A stretch of 63,565 nt of DNA, filler included, from Octopus bimaculoides (Eukaryota), in NCBI RefSeq assembly GCF_001194135.2. It is 6 parts of 5 records of this genome, joined end to end, with 100 filler letters (N's around TTAATTAATTAA, not from the genome) between each part and the next. Parts side by side here need not be neighbours in the genome. Positions count along the whole stretch, not along the records: positions 61,067 to 63,565 come from NW_026321855.1; 5 more parts are not named here. One strand, written 5' to 3'. The position numbers and the translations under genes were made by a program. Shown here in pieces: positions 63,466-63,565 of this stretch; position 1 is the first letter of the stretch, and each line of letters starts with the position of its first letter. The notes under the pieces are model-generated. The model saw nothing but the letters and a program-made list of their open reading frames with translations, did not search any database and was not told the origin of the DNA.

Positions 63466-63519
63466 TGTCTCCGATGAAGAGATAGATAAAAAAAATATCC
63501 CGGAAACGGCTGTATGACA
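63466..63519 (+). ncRNA. Hammerhead-like motif (Penelope-type, variant core CCGATGA)
   Basis: tgtc/gaca stem I, ccgatga, gagata/tatccc stem II, GAAA, self-complementary acggctgt stem III, GUA triplet. Confidence 0.45.
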
Positions 63520-63565
63520 TTCTATTTATAAATGTTCTGAAATCTTTCACAGCCTTGGATTTTTA

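Overview
AT-rich, gap-ridden eukaryotic scaffold, almost entirely non-coding. The tRNA-derived SINE families, microsatellite load and TTAATTAATTAA gap markers suggest an octopus (coleoid cephalopod) draft genome; this is an inference, not a database match. The only convincing host-gene sequence is one 104-bp internal exon (5837-5940, +) of an SLC7 heteromeric amino-acid transporter light chain (b0,+AT/SLC7A9-like). The rest is dozens of SINE copies (3-4 families with swappable tails), decayed LINEs (RTE, CR1, L1/Tx1), Tc1/mariner, DD37D, pogo/Tigger and hAT remnants, MITEs, minisatellites and microsatellites. Most interesting: (1) a small element joining an inverted tRNA-like Pol III head, an (AAC/AAT)n spacer and a Penelope-type minimal hammerhead ribozyme with palindromic stem III (51776-52098), plus two further hammerhead-like motifs (61572-61612, 63466-63519); (2) three SINE monomers inside one 20-bp target-site duplication; (3) several spacer-less fold-back palindromes, the largest 168 bp; (4) pogo and mariner derivatives that kept the DNA-binding region but lost the catalytic domain. 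SINE and decayed-TE boundaries are approximate; all translations and alignments were done by eye.
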